In this document: one piece after another, positions 40,683 through 55,875 of the stretch
Layout: every line of letters begins with the position of its first letter
Position numbering within the stretch: position 1 is the first letter of the stretch
Assembly (NCBI RefSeq): GCF_009914755.1
Contig: NC_060937.1
DNA from: the human T2T-CHM13v2.0 reference genome, Homo sapiens
Length of the DNA: 64,000 nucleotides
Direction: 5' to 3' (one strand)
Notes under the pieces: generated by a model
The model's database searches: none
What the model was told of the DNA's origin: nothing
The model's input: the letters and a program-made list of their open reading frames with translations, nothing else
Position numbers and translations under genes: made by a program

Positions 40683-41305
40683 TGCTCAAAGCTACCTATG
40701 TGATAAAATTGTATACAACACCCACACACACACATACTCGAGGAGTACAAACAAATCAGTAGAAACACGAATATGATTCTTGGATTGTATCACTGTCAGT
40801 ATCCTGGTTGTGATAATTGTACTATATTTCTGCAAGATAATACTGTTGGAGGAACCTGGGTAAAGGATGTGTAATATCTCTCTGTATATTGTTACAACTA
40901 CATGTAAATCTACAACTATTTCAACAAAAAGCTCAATTAAAGTGGGACTAATAATTTATCCTGATGAATTAGATGATATTCTTTAAAAAGTCATATTTAA
41001 GCTAAGAACCAGAATTAGAAGTTAGGAGGGTTAAGAGAAGTCAGGGTCCAGGGGACGGTATTCCAGTCAAAAGAAGCAGTGTGTTTGGAGGCACGAATAA
41101 AAGTTTCATTTGCCAAATGTAGGGAGAACAACAGGGTAGTCAAGAGTAACTGAAGGGCCAGATTTTTTAGGGCATTAAAACCATAATAAGTATTTTGTTT
41201 GCTTTTCTCTGAGGGTAGTTTATTTTAAGGATGATAGTAATGTGATTAGATGAGTGTTTTTCTATTATCTCTCTGGGTGTAGAGTGAAAATTGGATTCGA
41301 AATCA

Positions 41306-41479
<174 letters not shown>

Positions 41480-42110
41480 TTAAAAAAATAGAAATTGAGA
41501 AATTGTGGGTGGGAGTACAGTACTTTAGTAGCTACAGCAATAGTCAGGGGGGTTCACGAGAACTAAGCAAAATGATGGTGATGTGGCTGGAGGAAAATGG
41601 GTAGATTTGGGAGGTCTTTAAGAAGCAAAAGACATGGAGTTGGTAATTGATTGGATAAATTTATATCTTGCAGAGTGGATAGTAAATGTTATTTACTATA
41701 ACCAGAAACACCTGAAAAAAAGTCAGGGGTCCAGGGATCAGATAGTATGATTGATTGTGGAAAGGCTTTGGAGATGAATATGTTTATAGTATTTTAAAAT
41801 AGGTCCTGTATCAAGGTTTGAACTTATTTGTATTTCTGTATGTGAATTTCTGTGTTGCAAATCACCCATGGTTTATAGAGTCATATTTAGAACAGAACAA
41901 CTAAGAGTGTCCTTTTTTCCCCATTATATTGTACTCTACACAGGTAATGACAGCAAGTCACCCAAAGATGTAAAGTCATGATCATCGTTGGTCTATGTCA
42001 GGCAACAGTTCCAAGAGGACAGAGACCTCCACAGAGGGAGGAGACGTGGAGAACACTTGTGATGTTACAAGCAATTCTGTTTTATTATATAAGGAAGAAA
42101 TATGTTTCTT

Positions 42111-42372
<262 letters not shown>

Positions 42373-42940
42373 TTATAACATCACTTTCAATTGTGAATGA
42401 TGCAGGAATATTTGAAACTGACCACCTATATGAGGCCATCAAAATGTAAAAGTTTCTATTCCAGGAATAATCAAGCTTTTTTCAGAATATTGAAAATTTA
42501 TTTTCTATGTCAAACTTTTGATCATTCCTTGAACTGAATTATTAATGGTTTCCAAGAACAAATCCTAAAGACCAATTTTACTGCAATCTCATTTATCAAG
42601 GCAATACATGCACTATACACTATGTTAATTTTTAAGTGGGGATCAAAATAGGAAAAACTATACATTTTAATACATTAAAATATTGCATATATTTTGGTAA
42701 ATGTACCACCTGGACTTAGTAAAGTACTAATATGAAGTTAATAAAAATTATGTATTTAGCAGAAGAGTGAACGAATGATTAAGTTAAAGGTATTTCAAGA
42801 TGTTAGGTGTGATTTTCAGTATAGAAATTCATATTAAAGTATAACTTTAAATATAAAACTAAATTATTTTGATTACATTAATTTTCTGTGAGGTTTTAGT
42901 CAAGGATAAAAATAAGGAAAACTGGAAACTTTGTTGATAG

Positions 42941-43255
42941 TTATATATATATATAATTATTATACTTTAAGTTTTGGGGTCCATGTGCACAATGTGCAGG
43001 TTTGTTACATATGTATACATGTGCCATGTTGGTGTGCTGCACCCATTAACTCGTCATTTAGCATTAGGTATATCTCCTAATGCTATCCCTCCCCCCTCCC
43101 TCCACCCCACAACAGGCCCCGGTGTGTGATGTTCCCCTTCCTGTGTCCATGTGTTCTCATTGTTCAGTTCCCAACTATGAGTGAGAATATGCGGTGTTTG
43201 GTTTTTTGTCCTTGCGATAGTTTGCTGAGAATGATGGTTTCCAGTTTCATCCATG
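42941..43255 (-). mobile_element. L1PA (PA3/PA4-like) 3' UTR end, 5'-truncated
   Basis: ttattatactttaagtttt...gtgctgcacccattaactcgtcatttagcattaggtatatctcctaatgctatccctcc. Confidence 0.93.
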
Positions 43256-43386
43256 ATTTTAAAAGAAATGTTAAAGGCAGTATCAGCTATGCCAAATTTA
43301 AGTAGTATATTCTTAGGTACGTTCTGAAGCATCCGTCTCAGATTTCTTATGTATGAAATAATAATATTCTTCTTCATTTGGTAGTT

Positions 43387-43960
43387 TGTAGTAGACAGAA
43401 TTCTAAGATGGCTCCATGACCTCTACCACTGATGTTACTCTCAAGATTATGTAACATTACATGAAAAAAGGAATCGTGCAGCTGTAGTTAAAGTTACTAA
43501 TCATTTGACCTTAATATAGAGACATTATCTGGGTGGGCCTAACTTAATCGCACTCCAGTTTCAACTGGCTGGCAGTAGAAGAGGAAGTTAGAAAGAGTTG
43601 AACTCTGCAGGGGTGGTATTTGATGTGTAAGAAGTTCTGGCCTTTGAAGATGGAGGAGTCACAAGACAGGAAATGTGGGAGGCCTCTGCAAACTGAGGGC
43701 AGCCCTCCACTGGCAGCCACAGGCAAAGGAAAAGTAATTACTTGGGACACAGCCAGGGACAATGGAATTGCTCCAATAGCCTGAATGAGGCTAGACGACT
43801 GGGGCTGCAGAGGAGGATGCAGACTGGCTGAGACCCTGAGCTGAGAACTCAGCCAGGCTGTGCTCAGGCTGTGCTCAGGTATTGCAGGATAGCAAGTGGG
43901 GGTCATTTTAAGCAGCTAAGTTTGTGATAATTTGTTAGTCAGCAGTTGAAAATGAATATA
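43387..43960 (+). mobile_element. MLT1E-like MaLR solo LTR
   Basis: tgtagtagacagaattctaagatggc start; ttttaagcagctaagtttgtgataatttgtta end; TSD TAGTT. Confidence 0.85.
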
Positions 43961-44064
43961 TAGTTTTCAAGATGGTCTGATACAAATAAGGTAAACCCTC
44001 AGAGCCCTGTGTCTGTACAAGTGTGTGCTTAATAAATGTAGTTCCTTCTCCTCTTTTGCTACTG

Positions 44065-44067
<3 letters not shown>

Positions 44068-44100
<33 letters not shown>

Positions 44101-44118
44101 TTATATATTTATATATAC
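44068..44118. repeat. (TA)n microsatellite
   Basis: Direct observation. Confidence 0.95.
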
Positions 44119-44928
44119 AAATATCTCACACTCCAATTTCAAACCTAAGCTTCATGGCAAACTATGCTTTGTCGAGGAACTTTCTGACAAATGAATTAAT
44201 ATGAGCACATAACTCTCTATATGTTATAAGTAAGAATAATCATGAGACCTCAGGACTCACATTCAGGCGGGTCTCCAACTTCCTAAGCTAGTGCTTGGGT
44301 TTTAGAGAGAAAGTGTACTTCATTTGAAGGCTAATAAAATAAGCATAAAGTACATGCAAAGACATGAATGTCTCAATATCATATTTGTACATGTATATAA
44401 TATATGCACACAAATGTATACACACTGGTACGTATATAAAATTAACATGTTTGCTGACAAAATAAGCAGACCTTAGAATTTTTTAAAAAGGGAAATTCAT
44501 TGCCAGTATTTTTTGGAGCTATCTCTTCACTTACATTTATATGATTCCTTATAAAATTCTGTTCATTTCATAACTGTAGTGAAGTCAGTTTGCTTAATAG
44601 TTCCTGTTTTGTGTGATACAGTTCATGCAATGACTTTGTAGGATCATCAGAAAGTATAAATGAGTATCAAAATATATTTTCAGCCATCCAAAGGTAGTAT
44701 TCATTTCACAGACTCTCAAAATCATCAAAAGCCTTGAGAAAACTTTCAGGCAAGAAAACAAAGGGTGTAAATCGTGCGTTGCCTCAAAATGTCAACACAT
44801 TTGTTAAAACTAAGGAAAGTCGGAGTCATATACACATATACGTGTATAAACTACAATATAAAAATGAGAATAAAAAAGGCATTTGCAAGTCTTCACCAAT
44901 GAGAATGTACATGGCATTAGCATGCCTT

Positions 44929-45445
44929 TGATGGGGTTCAGGACATGCTACCCAAAATATGACATCTTGGCATTTGAGAAAACAGCAGAAGCCGGAAGGT
45001 CACTCACATCTTCCCCTGTCTCTCTCCTTTGAGGCTGGTTATAAAACCTAGGAAGAACGTTCTGAGCTTTCCCTGAAGCAGGTCATAATATTCTTATGCA
45101 CTCCCCCAATACACAGAAGAAAGGAGCAGAAGACACAGGGAATCCAAGAAGAATCTGAACAAACAAACAGACCTTGTTATGTTTCCCCAAGTCCATACCA
45201 ATAGGTCATAATGTTTTGTCCTCCTATTTCTCCACACTGTGTATTCTTAACATTAAACCTGGCATAAAAATACTCAGGTTTACCTGTTCTTTTGGGGGGA
45301 TGCCTTCATTTTTGTGTGAAGGCTCCAGTGTCACATAAAACTTACATTAAATAGATTTGCATGCTTTTTCTCTTGTCATTTGTTACAGGTGCCTCAGCCA
45401 TGAACCTAGCATAGAGGAGGAAAAATATCTTCCATCTATGTTACA
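44929..45445 (+). mobile_element. ERV solo LTR, LTR47-like
   Basis: tgatggggttcaggacatgctacccaaaatatgacatcttggcatttgagaaaacagcagaagc start; aaaacttacattaaatagatttg...ctcagccatgaacct near the end. Confidence 0.65.
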
Positions 45446-46245
45446 GACATTTTATTAATATCATTCTCAAATTTACTTTCCTTTTTAACAATGGCCCAGG
45501 ATTATTGGAAACAGCATCAAGAATTAAACTATCACAAAAAGCTGTCCTAGAAGAGCTGCTCAGAACATGATGCTTTTGTTCCTAATGACTGAATAATCAT
45601 TTTTAAGAGACTCTTCTATAGCACATATATCAGGAGAAGAATGATGAAAGGCACATTATGTGCTAGACACTACACATACTGTTTGAGTATTTCTGGTGAA
45701 ATAACGGCTCTTTTTGCTGGTATCCATAGAACAGAACAGGGTTGGCCTTTCTGAGAGAGAAGAGGGCACTTCTTAAAGCAGTGGTGCTGAGCATGGCATC
45801 TTCCAACCTCCCAGGGTCCCAGGGCATGCATGGATACCCTCAACCATTTGCAAGTTTTGGTGGGTAGTTCCCTGCAGCTTGCTGGGGAGAGGAATCGTCA
45901 TGCTCATGAGCTTCTGTAACATCAAAAAAGTTAATAGTCACCACCCTAGGGACATCTGAGAACCTACATTCACTGAGGTCCAGTGATCTGTTTTGATTTT
46001 TTTTTCTAAATTTTAATAGTCAATAATTCACTTTCGTACATAATTTTTATATGTATGAAACTACATCCTGGTGAAATTGCAGTTTTTAAATAGAACCCCA
46101 CCAGTGACTATGCAAATGGGAGACAATATGTGCATTTTACACACTTGGGTAACAACAGAGTCATTTTCTTTTTAGAACATCTACGGCACCAAATGCACCA
46201 GCGAATGACTGTGGTAACGCAACTGTAACAGGATAAGATCATCTC

Positions 46246-46553
46246 GCAAAGCAAGATGGTGGCTCACACCTGTAATCTCATTGCTTTGGGAGGCACAGGC
46301 AGGAGGATCACTTGAGGCTAGGAGTTTAAGATCAACCTGGGAAACGAAATGGGACCCCATCTCTACCAAAAAACATTTTTTAAATTACTTGGGCATGGCA
46401 GTGCCAACTCCATGGGAAGTTCAGGCAGGCGGATGGCTTGAGCCCAGGAGTTCAAGGCTGCAGTGAGCTATGTTCGTACCACTGCACTCCAGCCCAGGTG
46501 ACAAGACGAGACCTTGTCTCTAAAGTAAATAAATTAATTAATTTAAAAAAAAA
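46246..46553 (+). mobile_element. AluJ SINE
   Basis: gcttgagcccaggagttcaaggctgcagtgagctatg J-type right arm. Confidence 0.92.
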
Positions 46554-46619
46554 TAGTATGGCAAAGCAAAACAAACAAAAGGTTAAAGTCACATGATCAG
46601 TAGTTATTACCTACAGCCC

Positions 46620-47010
46620 AAGTATTTTTCTGCCCTTTCTTTGGGTTATGGAAAGCAACAAAAGTTTTTAGAGTTGGGAGTGGTATGGTATGATAATTAT
46701 AGTATTTTAGAAAGATGGACCCTTTAGTATTATATTGGCACACTGGGTATGTAAGAGAATACTGACAGGGAGATCAGTAAGCAAACTGTGGTCATGGAAC
46801 AGGCAGAATTTGTAGAGGTCTTACCTGCTTGGAAGCCAAAAAAATAAGAAGAGAAACAGAGGGAGGGATTTGAGAAATGTTGCCAAGAATTGGCACAATA
46901 CTACTTCATGACTGGTTAGATAAGAATGGAGAGAAAAGGGAAGATTGAAAGATGTTGCTCTCCTGCGGAACCTGGATAACTGATGGATTAGTGTAAGGTG
47001 CCCTACATGC
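46620..47010 (-). mobile_element. L2 fragment
   Basis: tattttagaaagat; gatttgagaaatgtt; purine-rich antisense L2. Confidence 0.5.
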
Positions 47011-47444
47011 AGTATAAAATCTTTGATTTCAACAAGAGATGATACGTATAAGACATGCATACGGTTACAAAAATTATACAAAACTACTATTTTTGCCTTC
47101 AAAATAGCCAGTGTCGACCTTCTTTAAGTGTTATTCTATTAACTTTTTTGATCTCCTTTTTTAAAGTAAATTATTTTAAAGATTAAAATTTCAAAAGTAT
47201 CTATATTTTTTTATTTTTTTCACCAAACATCTCTCTAATGGGGTAATGAATGTGTGTATCAATTAAGAGGGTTTAAATGCAAATTATGTATCTCATCTCC
47301 AAGGTAATAAACTGTCATCTGTCCTGGTGAGACAGGCAAAGTCAAAGTATAATCACTGGTTCTGCACTTGACAGACCAATTAAAACACAATCAATTCTGT
47401 CAACCTTGAGAGCCTGTATGGACCCTCACCCAATTATTAGGTAA

Positions 47445-48201
47445 TATATTAGTTGTCTATTATTGCGTAACAAATTACTCCAAAACTTCACAGGTTGAAC
47501 AGTGATTTTTTTTTTCTTTATCTCACAATTTCTGTGGGTCCGGAATCTGAATGTGACTTAGCTTTGCCTCCAGCTCAAAGTATCTGATCTCCAGGTCTTC
47601 CAGGTAAAACATAGATTAAATTCAAATGTCAGATACATAACAAATAATTTCTTGGTCTAAGCGTGTCTCCAACATTGCATGGGACATACTCAAACTTTTA
47701 AAAATTATATTTGTTTATCTGAAATTCAAGGTTGTCAGGGTGTCCTGTATTTTTGTTCACTAACCTTGACCACCTTACTTATGATGGTGCATGAAAATGC
47801 TGGCTGAGCCTGCAGTGTTTAGACCTGACTGGGGCTGAAGGAGCCACTTCGAGCTCATGCATGTGGCTGTTAGTGGGCTTCTCATAGGACGTTGAGGTGA
47901 GGTCCTCAGGTCCCTGAGAGCTGCTCAACTGGGGGGTCTCAGTTCTTTGTTCTACCACGTTGGCCTTTCCATAGGGCTGATCCCAACTCCCCAGCATGAC
48001 GGATCCAAGAGAAAGACCAACTGGGAGCCACTACCTGTTACTCTCCTAAGCTCACCAGCGGCATCCCACCCCTTCTGCCATATTCTATTCATTAGAAATG
48101 AGTCAGTAAGCCCAGCCCACACTCAGTGGGAAGAGATTACATGAGGAGATCAATACCACAAGGCAGGAATCGTGAGGGAGCATCTCCAGGCAACCTACCA
48201 C
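47445..48201 (-). mobile_element. MLT1F-like LTR interrupted by MER53
   Basis: tattagttgtctattattgcgtaacaaattactccaaaactt start; ttctgccatattctattcattagaaatgagtcagtaag...cctaccaca end. Confidence 0.8.
47592..47777. mobile_element. MER53 palindromic hAT MITE
   Basis: cattgcatgggacatact; tgtttatctgaaattcaa; gggtgtcctgtatttt. Confidence 0.8.
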
Positions 48202-48223
48202 AGGCATATTCCCAATCAATTAC

Positions 48224-48332
48224 ATTTTCTGATGTCCAGAATAGCTACTAAACACATAACTTCATCTCTTTAATCAGAAAATTAAATTTTCTGATGTCCA
48301 GAATAGCTATTAAACACATAACCTCATCTCTT
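48224..48332. repeat. 47-bp direct duplication with an inverted spacer
   Basis: Copies at 48224-48270 and 48286-48332 (45/47); spacer atcagaaaatt is the reverse complement of aattttctgat at 48285-48295. Confidence 0.95.
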
Positions 48333-51100
48333 CCTGAGGTTGTTCCTTTCTTCCCACAGAACATGTCCCAACAGGAAATAACAGATTACGTAGTAGATGC
48401 CAATGAATCTAGCATATACTCAGCTATTTGTATTTTGTAGAATCGAACAATTAAAAAAAGGTGGTTTCACACTGAAATACATACACATAAATTCTGGGTC
48501 TAATAAAAAGGTATTTAAAGCCTACCTGTCATGTAGGCTGAGTTCAAAAGAAGAAGATATTTATATGCCTGCTGTTTTGATGATTATAAGAAAAACTTCA
48601 ACATATTCCATCTCATCTTTGTATAGAATATAACAAAAAATTAAACTCTTTAGAGGAAATAGTTGCAGACTTCCCATCTGACAAGGGATTAATAATCAAA
48701 CTGTATCAAGAGATAAACACATCATTTATAAAAAAGTAAAAAAATTATGCATTTATATTTAAAATTTAAAAACATTCTATAGTTGGAAAGCCATATTTTT
48801 AACTTAGCTAATATAAGAATTTTAACTACTAGATATTTATTTACTGAAGATGTCTGATTTGTTGACCCTAACAAGTCTATTTTCATTAAAAACAAAAAAA
48901 GAGAAAAATATTGTTCAAATCCTCCCAAAAACACTTCCAAATTAACAAAAATTACCTTTCTCCTAAACGTTATGTAAGATACAGAACATTGTATTCACAT
49001 TCTAGTTTTTCCCTGGGTTCCAGGAAATTATTTGAGCTTTCTGGTAATTTGAAATAATTGTTTTCTTCAACTGTGACTCACAAATAAGGAATACTGAGTA
49101 TCTGCCCGGAAACTGCCAATTTAATACTTAAAAATTACAGAGTCACTTTTTTTCCTTCATAGCTGAGAATTATTTTGAAGACTATATTTTAAAATATCTT
49201 AATTACTTGTGTCTCCTTGTCTATATAAATAATTATCCTAATTATTAATACAACTATAATGTTAGCAAACAGTATACAATTTTAAGAGTTAGAGAATAGG
49301 CTATTATTCTCAATTTTGCCTCAATTTTCTTCTCTCAGGAAAGAAAGCATGACATATTCAATTTCTACTCTAGGCAATTTCCTCTAAAAACTCAACTACC
49401 CAGAAGGAAAGCTTTCTATCCCTTTCCTTGGTCAAAATTTGGCTGTTTTAGGATATCTACAGGCCACGAAGAGCTATTATCAGTATCTAAATTTGGATCT
49501 TGACTGTCAGTTTCTCATTGGCATTGCTTTGGAAAATGGCTAAGTGAAGTCACTCATTCTACTAATGAAAGGGTTTTCTAAGGCCAATGACTAGAAGATG
49601 AACCATGTAAACTATTTCGGCTTCTCTCCTTCTCCATATTCCCAATTTCTAACTGGTTCCCACCCACCTACCATCAACCAATTTCTAGCTTTTTAATTAC
49701 TCATCTGTTATTTTACAAAGTATCAGTGAGAGAGTTTAAGGAAATGATTCTAACCTATAAGCATCAAATCAACATGACTTTAAAATAATAAGCAAGCTGG
49801 TAGGAGTTCAGCGGATGTGCCAGACACTGGGTAAGTGCTTCACTTGTTCTGTCCTGCGTTCTCCCACAAATCCTTTTAGATGAATGTCCATCCCACGTGT
49901 TACTATCTCTGTGCCTCTGACCTTGCTGCTTTAATAATTAAGAGAAAAAAATACTCGTCAGAAGCCACCATGTGTTTCCATCTTATACAATGATTTAAAA
50001 ATAAGAGCAGTAGTTTCTACAGGATGTTCAGACATGGATCTGAAGTATCCGTTGCCTTGTTAATCATAGACCACATTGATGATCAGGTCACCACTCAGGC
50101 ACATTTGTGGTTTTAAGGATATTTCGCAGAAGGTAGAGTCTATCATTGGCTGGATTGTTTTATAGCTTTTCTAGCCCCATTCGTACTCAAAATAGGTCTT
50201 GATCAAATGTTAATTTTTGCCATTCCTAAACATGTGATCTCATGCTCTTTCATTTATCGTCTGCCAAATTAGACTTTTTAAAAAATTGGAATCACTCTTG
50301 ACAAGTCCATATTATTTGCTATTTGTTTATGGAGTGTATATGCAAAGAAGATAATGTAAGGCATCAGACTGTAAGCTCCCTGGAATTAAGGATTATATGG
50401 GGTTTTGTTTTTCCTCCTTTTGTTCTCTGACTGTATTATAGTCCTTAACCCTCATAGCACCACCCATGTGATGGATGAATAAATGAGTGAATGAATGAAT
50501 CTATCATATTTTTCATAATCTAGGAGCCTAGAGCAAAAACAAATGCCATATCTTCTGAATATATTAATTTTAGATGTCCAATAAAGTAGCTTGTTTACAT
50601 AAAATGAAACTGCTTACCAGCTAATTAAGGGACAAGCATTGTTTGTTTTTTTAAAAATCTGATGATAGCATTTTTGCCTGATCCTAGTAAGCTACAAACA
50701 TGTAAAATAACTAGCTATGAAGCATAAAAGCTTAAAGAATATGCTAGAAGAAGATCATTAGCTTTTAAAAATATTTTAAATATTTTTCACAATACATTGG
50801 AATTTGTTATCTATTTTAAATATTCTGCCAAACTTCCCCTTTTGCTCTACCAAATTATCCTTTCCATATTGCAGTGAGGTTACTAAAGAAGGTCAGAAGT
50901 AATGATGATTGGCTTCAAAGAAAATGAATGTCATCTATCCTTAACTGGTTACCCGTCTATTCATTCATTCAGGTCTTTCCTTTTCTTTTCTTTTCTTCTT
51001 TTTTTTTTTTTTTTTTTGCACAAATTATCTGCAGTACCTCAAACTCTGAATTTCTACATCAGTTTCTAACTAAACTGAGCTTAAGGCCGTCTTAATTTGA

Positions 51101-51511
<411 letters not shown>

Positions 51512-51910
51512 ATGCCTCAACCATTTCTAAAGTAAAATTCTCCAGAGATATTCTTGATCCTTCCTCTCTTCATACTTGCATCATCAATCATGTCCTATCT
51601 CTCTGTCTTCAATCCCTCTATCTCTAGGCACTCAACTTTGCCTACAAATGCTTCCTAGTCTTAAACACATGCTGCCCTCAATCTTGCTTTTTTGCAACAT
51701 GCAGTTTTATCTCTTTCTCCTTTTCTATCATCAAACCCCATGATCTCCCTTTGCTACCTTCATTTCCTTTCCACCTGCTAAATAATATCTTGGAATCAAC
51801 TCCCACAATTTAATGGAAATCATTCTTCCCAACGTCTTCAGTTACCTTATAAATACCAATTAGAATTGCATTTGCTCAATCCTTTTTCTGCTGCTTTCTA
51901 TAGCACCTAA

Positions 51911-52090
<180 letters not shown>

Positions 52091-53054
52091 TAGACTGAAC
52101 TATCACATGATCAATACTGTACTTTTTATGTCTGAACATTAGAATCCTTCCATGGACAGTCTCCAACTGTTAAACTTCCCTCTTTACTCCATAGGGTCCA
52201 ACTCAAATGCTTTCTTTCCACGAAAATAATTTCTGACTACTCTGAAATTTCAAGGCTTGTAGTTTTCTCTCTTTTTAAAAACTCGAATTATGCTATTAGT
52301 TACTTGCACAAATGTTATATCTCAGTTACATACAAAACCACATGAGGTTTGTTAAACTTTATATATCATTTTTATCTTTTCACCAATACTGTGATAATCA
52401 GGTTTTCATCAAACACTCAAGAGTGCCCCATGTTTATCCATTATGTATTTCCTCATTGACTGAATGATACATGCAAACATTTTTTGATTAACTTCCAAAA
52501 CATAATCACAGAAGGTCCCACCACACTATAATCTAGAGTCTTAATGCCTTTATGTTTAATGGCAAACTATTCTTAGCATAAAATTTTTCCCAACTAGCTC
52601 ATTTACCTTTATTTTCATGAAAACTCAAGAAACTTAAGAGTCTTTCTATTCCGAATTGCCACCTTTAGGCAAATTGTGACCAGTCAGCTCTAATTAAACG
52701 GCAAATAGTCTCGAAAAAAAGTAGTTTGTATCTCTTTATTTGTACTCTTTACCTGTGAACACTATGAGATTATACACTTTTGTGTCAAACCCGAAAGTCC
52801 CACAACTCAAAATTGCATCCCTGATTTTTCTAATGAGCTAAAGGAAGGCACATGATCAAAAAGAGAAAGTTGTATCCCTTTGTATTACAGTTTGGCATAA
52901 TGGAGCTTTATCTTTGTTTAATTAATTTAATATTTTCTATGAAATAAACTATGATGCATGTCTATCTTTTTATATGTCCATAGCACATGCAAATATAAAG
53001 ATCTGTATCTATTCAGGGACTGTATTCCTACAAATATTCATTGGTGAATTTTTA

Positions 53055-53470
53055 AATTTATTCCAAAAATATCTATTGAGTGCTCGACACATGCAAGGTA
53101 CTGCTAAATGCTTTGGGGAACATAAAAATGAATTAGACAAAAACCATGCTCTTAAGGGACTCACAATATATTAGGGAATGTAAGAAATACACACAAATAA
53201 CTCTGGTACATGGTTGACGATGATAAGTCCCATATGAGCATTACTGATGAAATGCCATGGGGATTCTTGAAATAATGAGGTATTTTGCACAGCAGGAAGG
53301 AGCAGAAAAACTATCATAGAAAATGTGGAACTTGAGCTGATCCTTTAGCAATTGGCATAATTTGAGCATGAGGGGAAAATATTTCAAGGAGAGCAAACAA
53401 AATGAGAAAAGACATAGAGGACATTCCAGAGTGTGATGGTCCTGCTATAGGCCTCATAATGCCAAAAGAA
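53055..53470 (-). mobile_element. L2 3' end
   Basis: tttattccaaaaatatctattgagtgc...atgcaaggtactgctaaatgct...catgctcttaagggactcacaat. Confidence 0.75.
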
Positions 53471-53602
53471 ATAGAACACAGGGGCACAGAAAGGGCTGCA
53501 AAAAGTGACGGTAATTAGACACTTGAGAAGGGATGAGTTATCTCTCCAGGCCTAAGTATATGAAGGCGGTGCATCCATTGTCCTGACTTCTTCGAACCTG
53601 AC

Positions 53603-53979
53603 TGTATTAGTCCATTTTCACACTGCTATAAAGAACTGCCTGAGACTGGGTAATTTATAAAGGAAAGAGGTTTAATTGACTCACAGTTCAGCATGGCTGT
53701 GGAAGCCTCAGGAAACTTACAATCATGGTGGAAGGGGAAGGGGAAGCAAAGCACCTTGTTCACAAGCTGGCAGGAAGGACAATGAATGGAGGAGGAACTA
53801 CCAAACACTTATAAAACCGTCAGATCTTATGAGAATTCACTCAATATCACGGGGCAGCCTGGGGGAAACCACCCCCATGATTCAATTACATCCACCTGGT
53901 CTCTCCTTTAAAACGTGGGGAATATGGAGATTATAATTCAAGATGAGATTTTGGATGGGGACCCAGCCACACCATATCA
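53603..53979 (-). mobile_element. THE1D MaLR solo LTR
   Basis: tgtattagtccattttcacactgctataaagaactgcctgagactggg...accatatca; near-TSD ctgac/ttgac. Confidence 0.92.
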
Positions 53980-54412
53980 TTGACCCAGAAAGCTTTTCAG
54001 TCTGCATTGATGGTGTTGACCACTGAGCTGGTGTGCCTGCATGAGCAACAAGGGGAGGAAGCAGCGAAGGACATACGCTTTCTGAGTTGTAAACTTATGT
54101 GGTATAATGCATACCTGACTCTGCTGGTTTGAGCAACCTCATCCAAAGTTCAAGTTGTCATATGTACACCAATACTCCATCCCAGACTTTGAGGTCAGGT
54201 CTAACACATATGACAAATAATAGCGTGAATAATAGCAGTGATAAGCGAATGCTTGCTATGAATGTTATCCAGAGAGCAAATCCTATAAATGAAACATCAA
54301 ATTTTATTTAAGTAATACCTGAATTAGGGTCATAACAAAGAGGATGGACTCTGGAGGAAGCAATGAATAGGAGAGGGAGAATTGGTGAACCTGTTGACTA
54401 AGAGGATATTGG

Positions 54413-54893
54413 CATGGTAGCCAGCCCCCAAGGTGGCCACTAGTGAATCTGGCCTCATCATATCTCTATGTGGTTCCCTTCCACACTAGTAGGGTTAGAC
54501 TTTTTAACCAGTGGAGTAGTGCAGTAATGACAGAGTGCGACTTCTCAGGCCAGGTCATCTTGTCCTCTTTGGGATCACTCACTCTACAGCAAGTATGTTG
54601 TAAGGACCTTCCGGCCAACTTTTGGGGAGGCCCCTGTGATGAGGTCCTGCGGCCTCTTGCCAACAGCCAGCACTAACTTGCCAGTCATGTGAGTGATCGA
54701 CCTCGGAAGTGAATCCGTTAGCTCCTGCCAGGTTTTGAGGGGACTGAACCTCAGGAGAGATGCTGTGCCTGTAGAAGCCAGCTAATCTACTTCCCAAATC
54801 CTCTTATGAAAGTTGGGTGAGATAACAAATATTTATTCTTGTTTATGCCACTAAGTTTTGGGGGTAATTTTTAATGTAAAAGAGCTAGATAAT
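54413..54893 (+). mobile_element. MLT1F-like MaLR LTR
   Basis: ccagcccccaaggtggcc; gccaacagccagcactaacttgccagtcatgtgagtg; ccactaagttttggggg. Confidence 0.82.
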
Positions 54894-55572
54894 TCTTCCA
54901 TTAAAGGGAAATAATTAAAAGTTATACTCGTCAGATTACACACTGTAGAAAAACTTCAGTATTCACTGGAAACATACTTCCAATTTTAGACGGAAACGGT
55001 CAGTACAGAGGAACGGACGGGAGCCCTAAGGAGTTGATGAGGAGTCCCTCAGTGGTGGGAGAAACTTGTTAGAACCACATTGGCCGCACTGAGATTATGA
55101 TCATGGCCTAAAAGTGAATTGTCTGGCTGGCTGTATTAACTAACTCATATAATTAGGCTGTATTCCTTGGGAATAGGGAGAGGGTTGTAAATCACTGGTG
55201 AAATATTTATTTATAAACAAGATCACCTTACATGCGTGCCAATAAACATGTACACAAGTGACATCAGCAACATGGTGAAGTACGGCAGCTCCAGACTCCT
55301 GTCTCTCCTCAGAGACATCAAAAACAAGGAGAAACTGCCAGAGCAAACTTTATCATAACTCTCAAAAATGGGCAAAAGTTGACAGCAACCAGGTGAATGC
55401 TGAGTTAAAAAAAAAAATTGGCAACACAAATCGGTTAAAAAAATATGAGTGGCGCTTCAGGTTGCTCTTGCCTCACCTGCTCCCTGGCTTGGGGGCAGTT
55501 TTGAAGATGGCATCCCGTGTTCCCAGTTTGGAACTCTGGTGTCTGGTTCTGGATGAAGCAGAGCGGATCTTC

Positions 55573-55573
<1 letters not shown>

Positions 55574-55608
<35 letters not shown>

Positions 55609-55875
55609 CTATTTTTGTTGTTGTTGAGACAGAGTCTCGCTCTGTTGCCCAGGCTGGAGTGCAGTGGCGCAAACTCGGTTCATTGCAAACTCCACCTCCC
55701 AGGTTCACGTCATTCTCCTGTCTCAGCCTCCTGAGTAGCTCGGACTACAGGCGCCCGCCACTATGCCCGGCTAATTTTTGTATTTTTAGTAGAGACGGGG
55801 GTTTCACCGTGTTAGCCAGGATGGTCTTGATCTCCTGACCTCATGATCCACCCACCTCGGCCTCCCAAAGTGCTG
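55574..55875 (-). mobile_element. AluY-like SINE, 5'-truncated, (TTTA)n tail
   Basis: ttcacgtcattc, gactacaggcgcccgcc, ccgtgttagccaggatgg; ends at cccaaagtgctg. Confidence 0.92.

Noticed and set aside
54985-55090. Small CpG cluster (acgg x4)
   Set aside because: Far too short for a CpG island and has no supporting promoter motifs.
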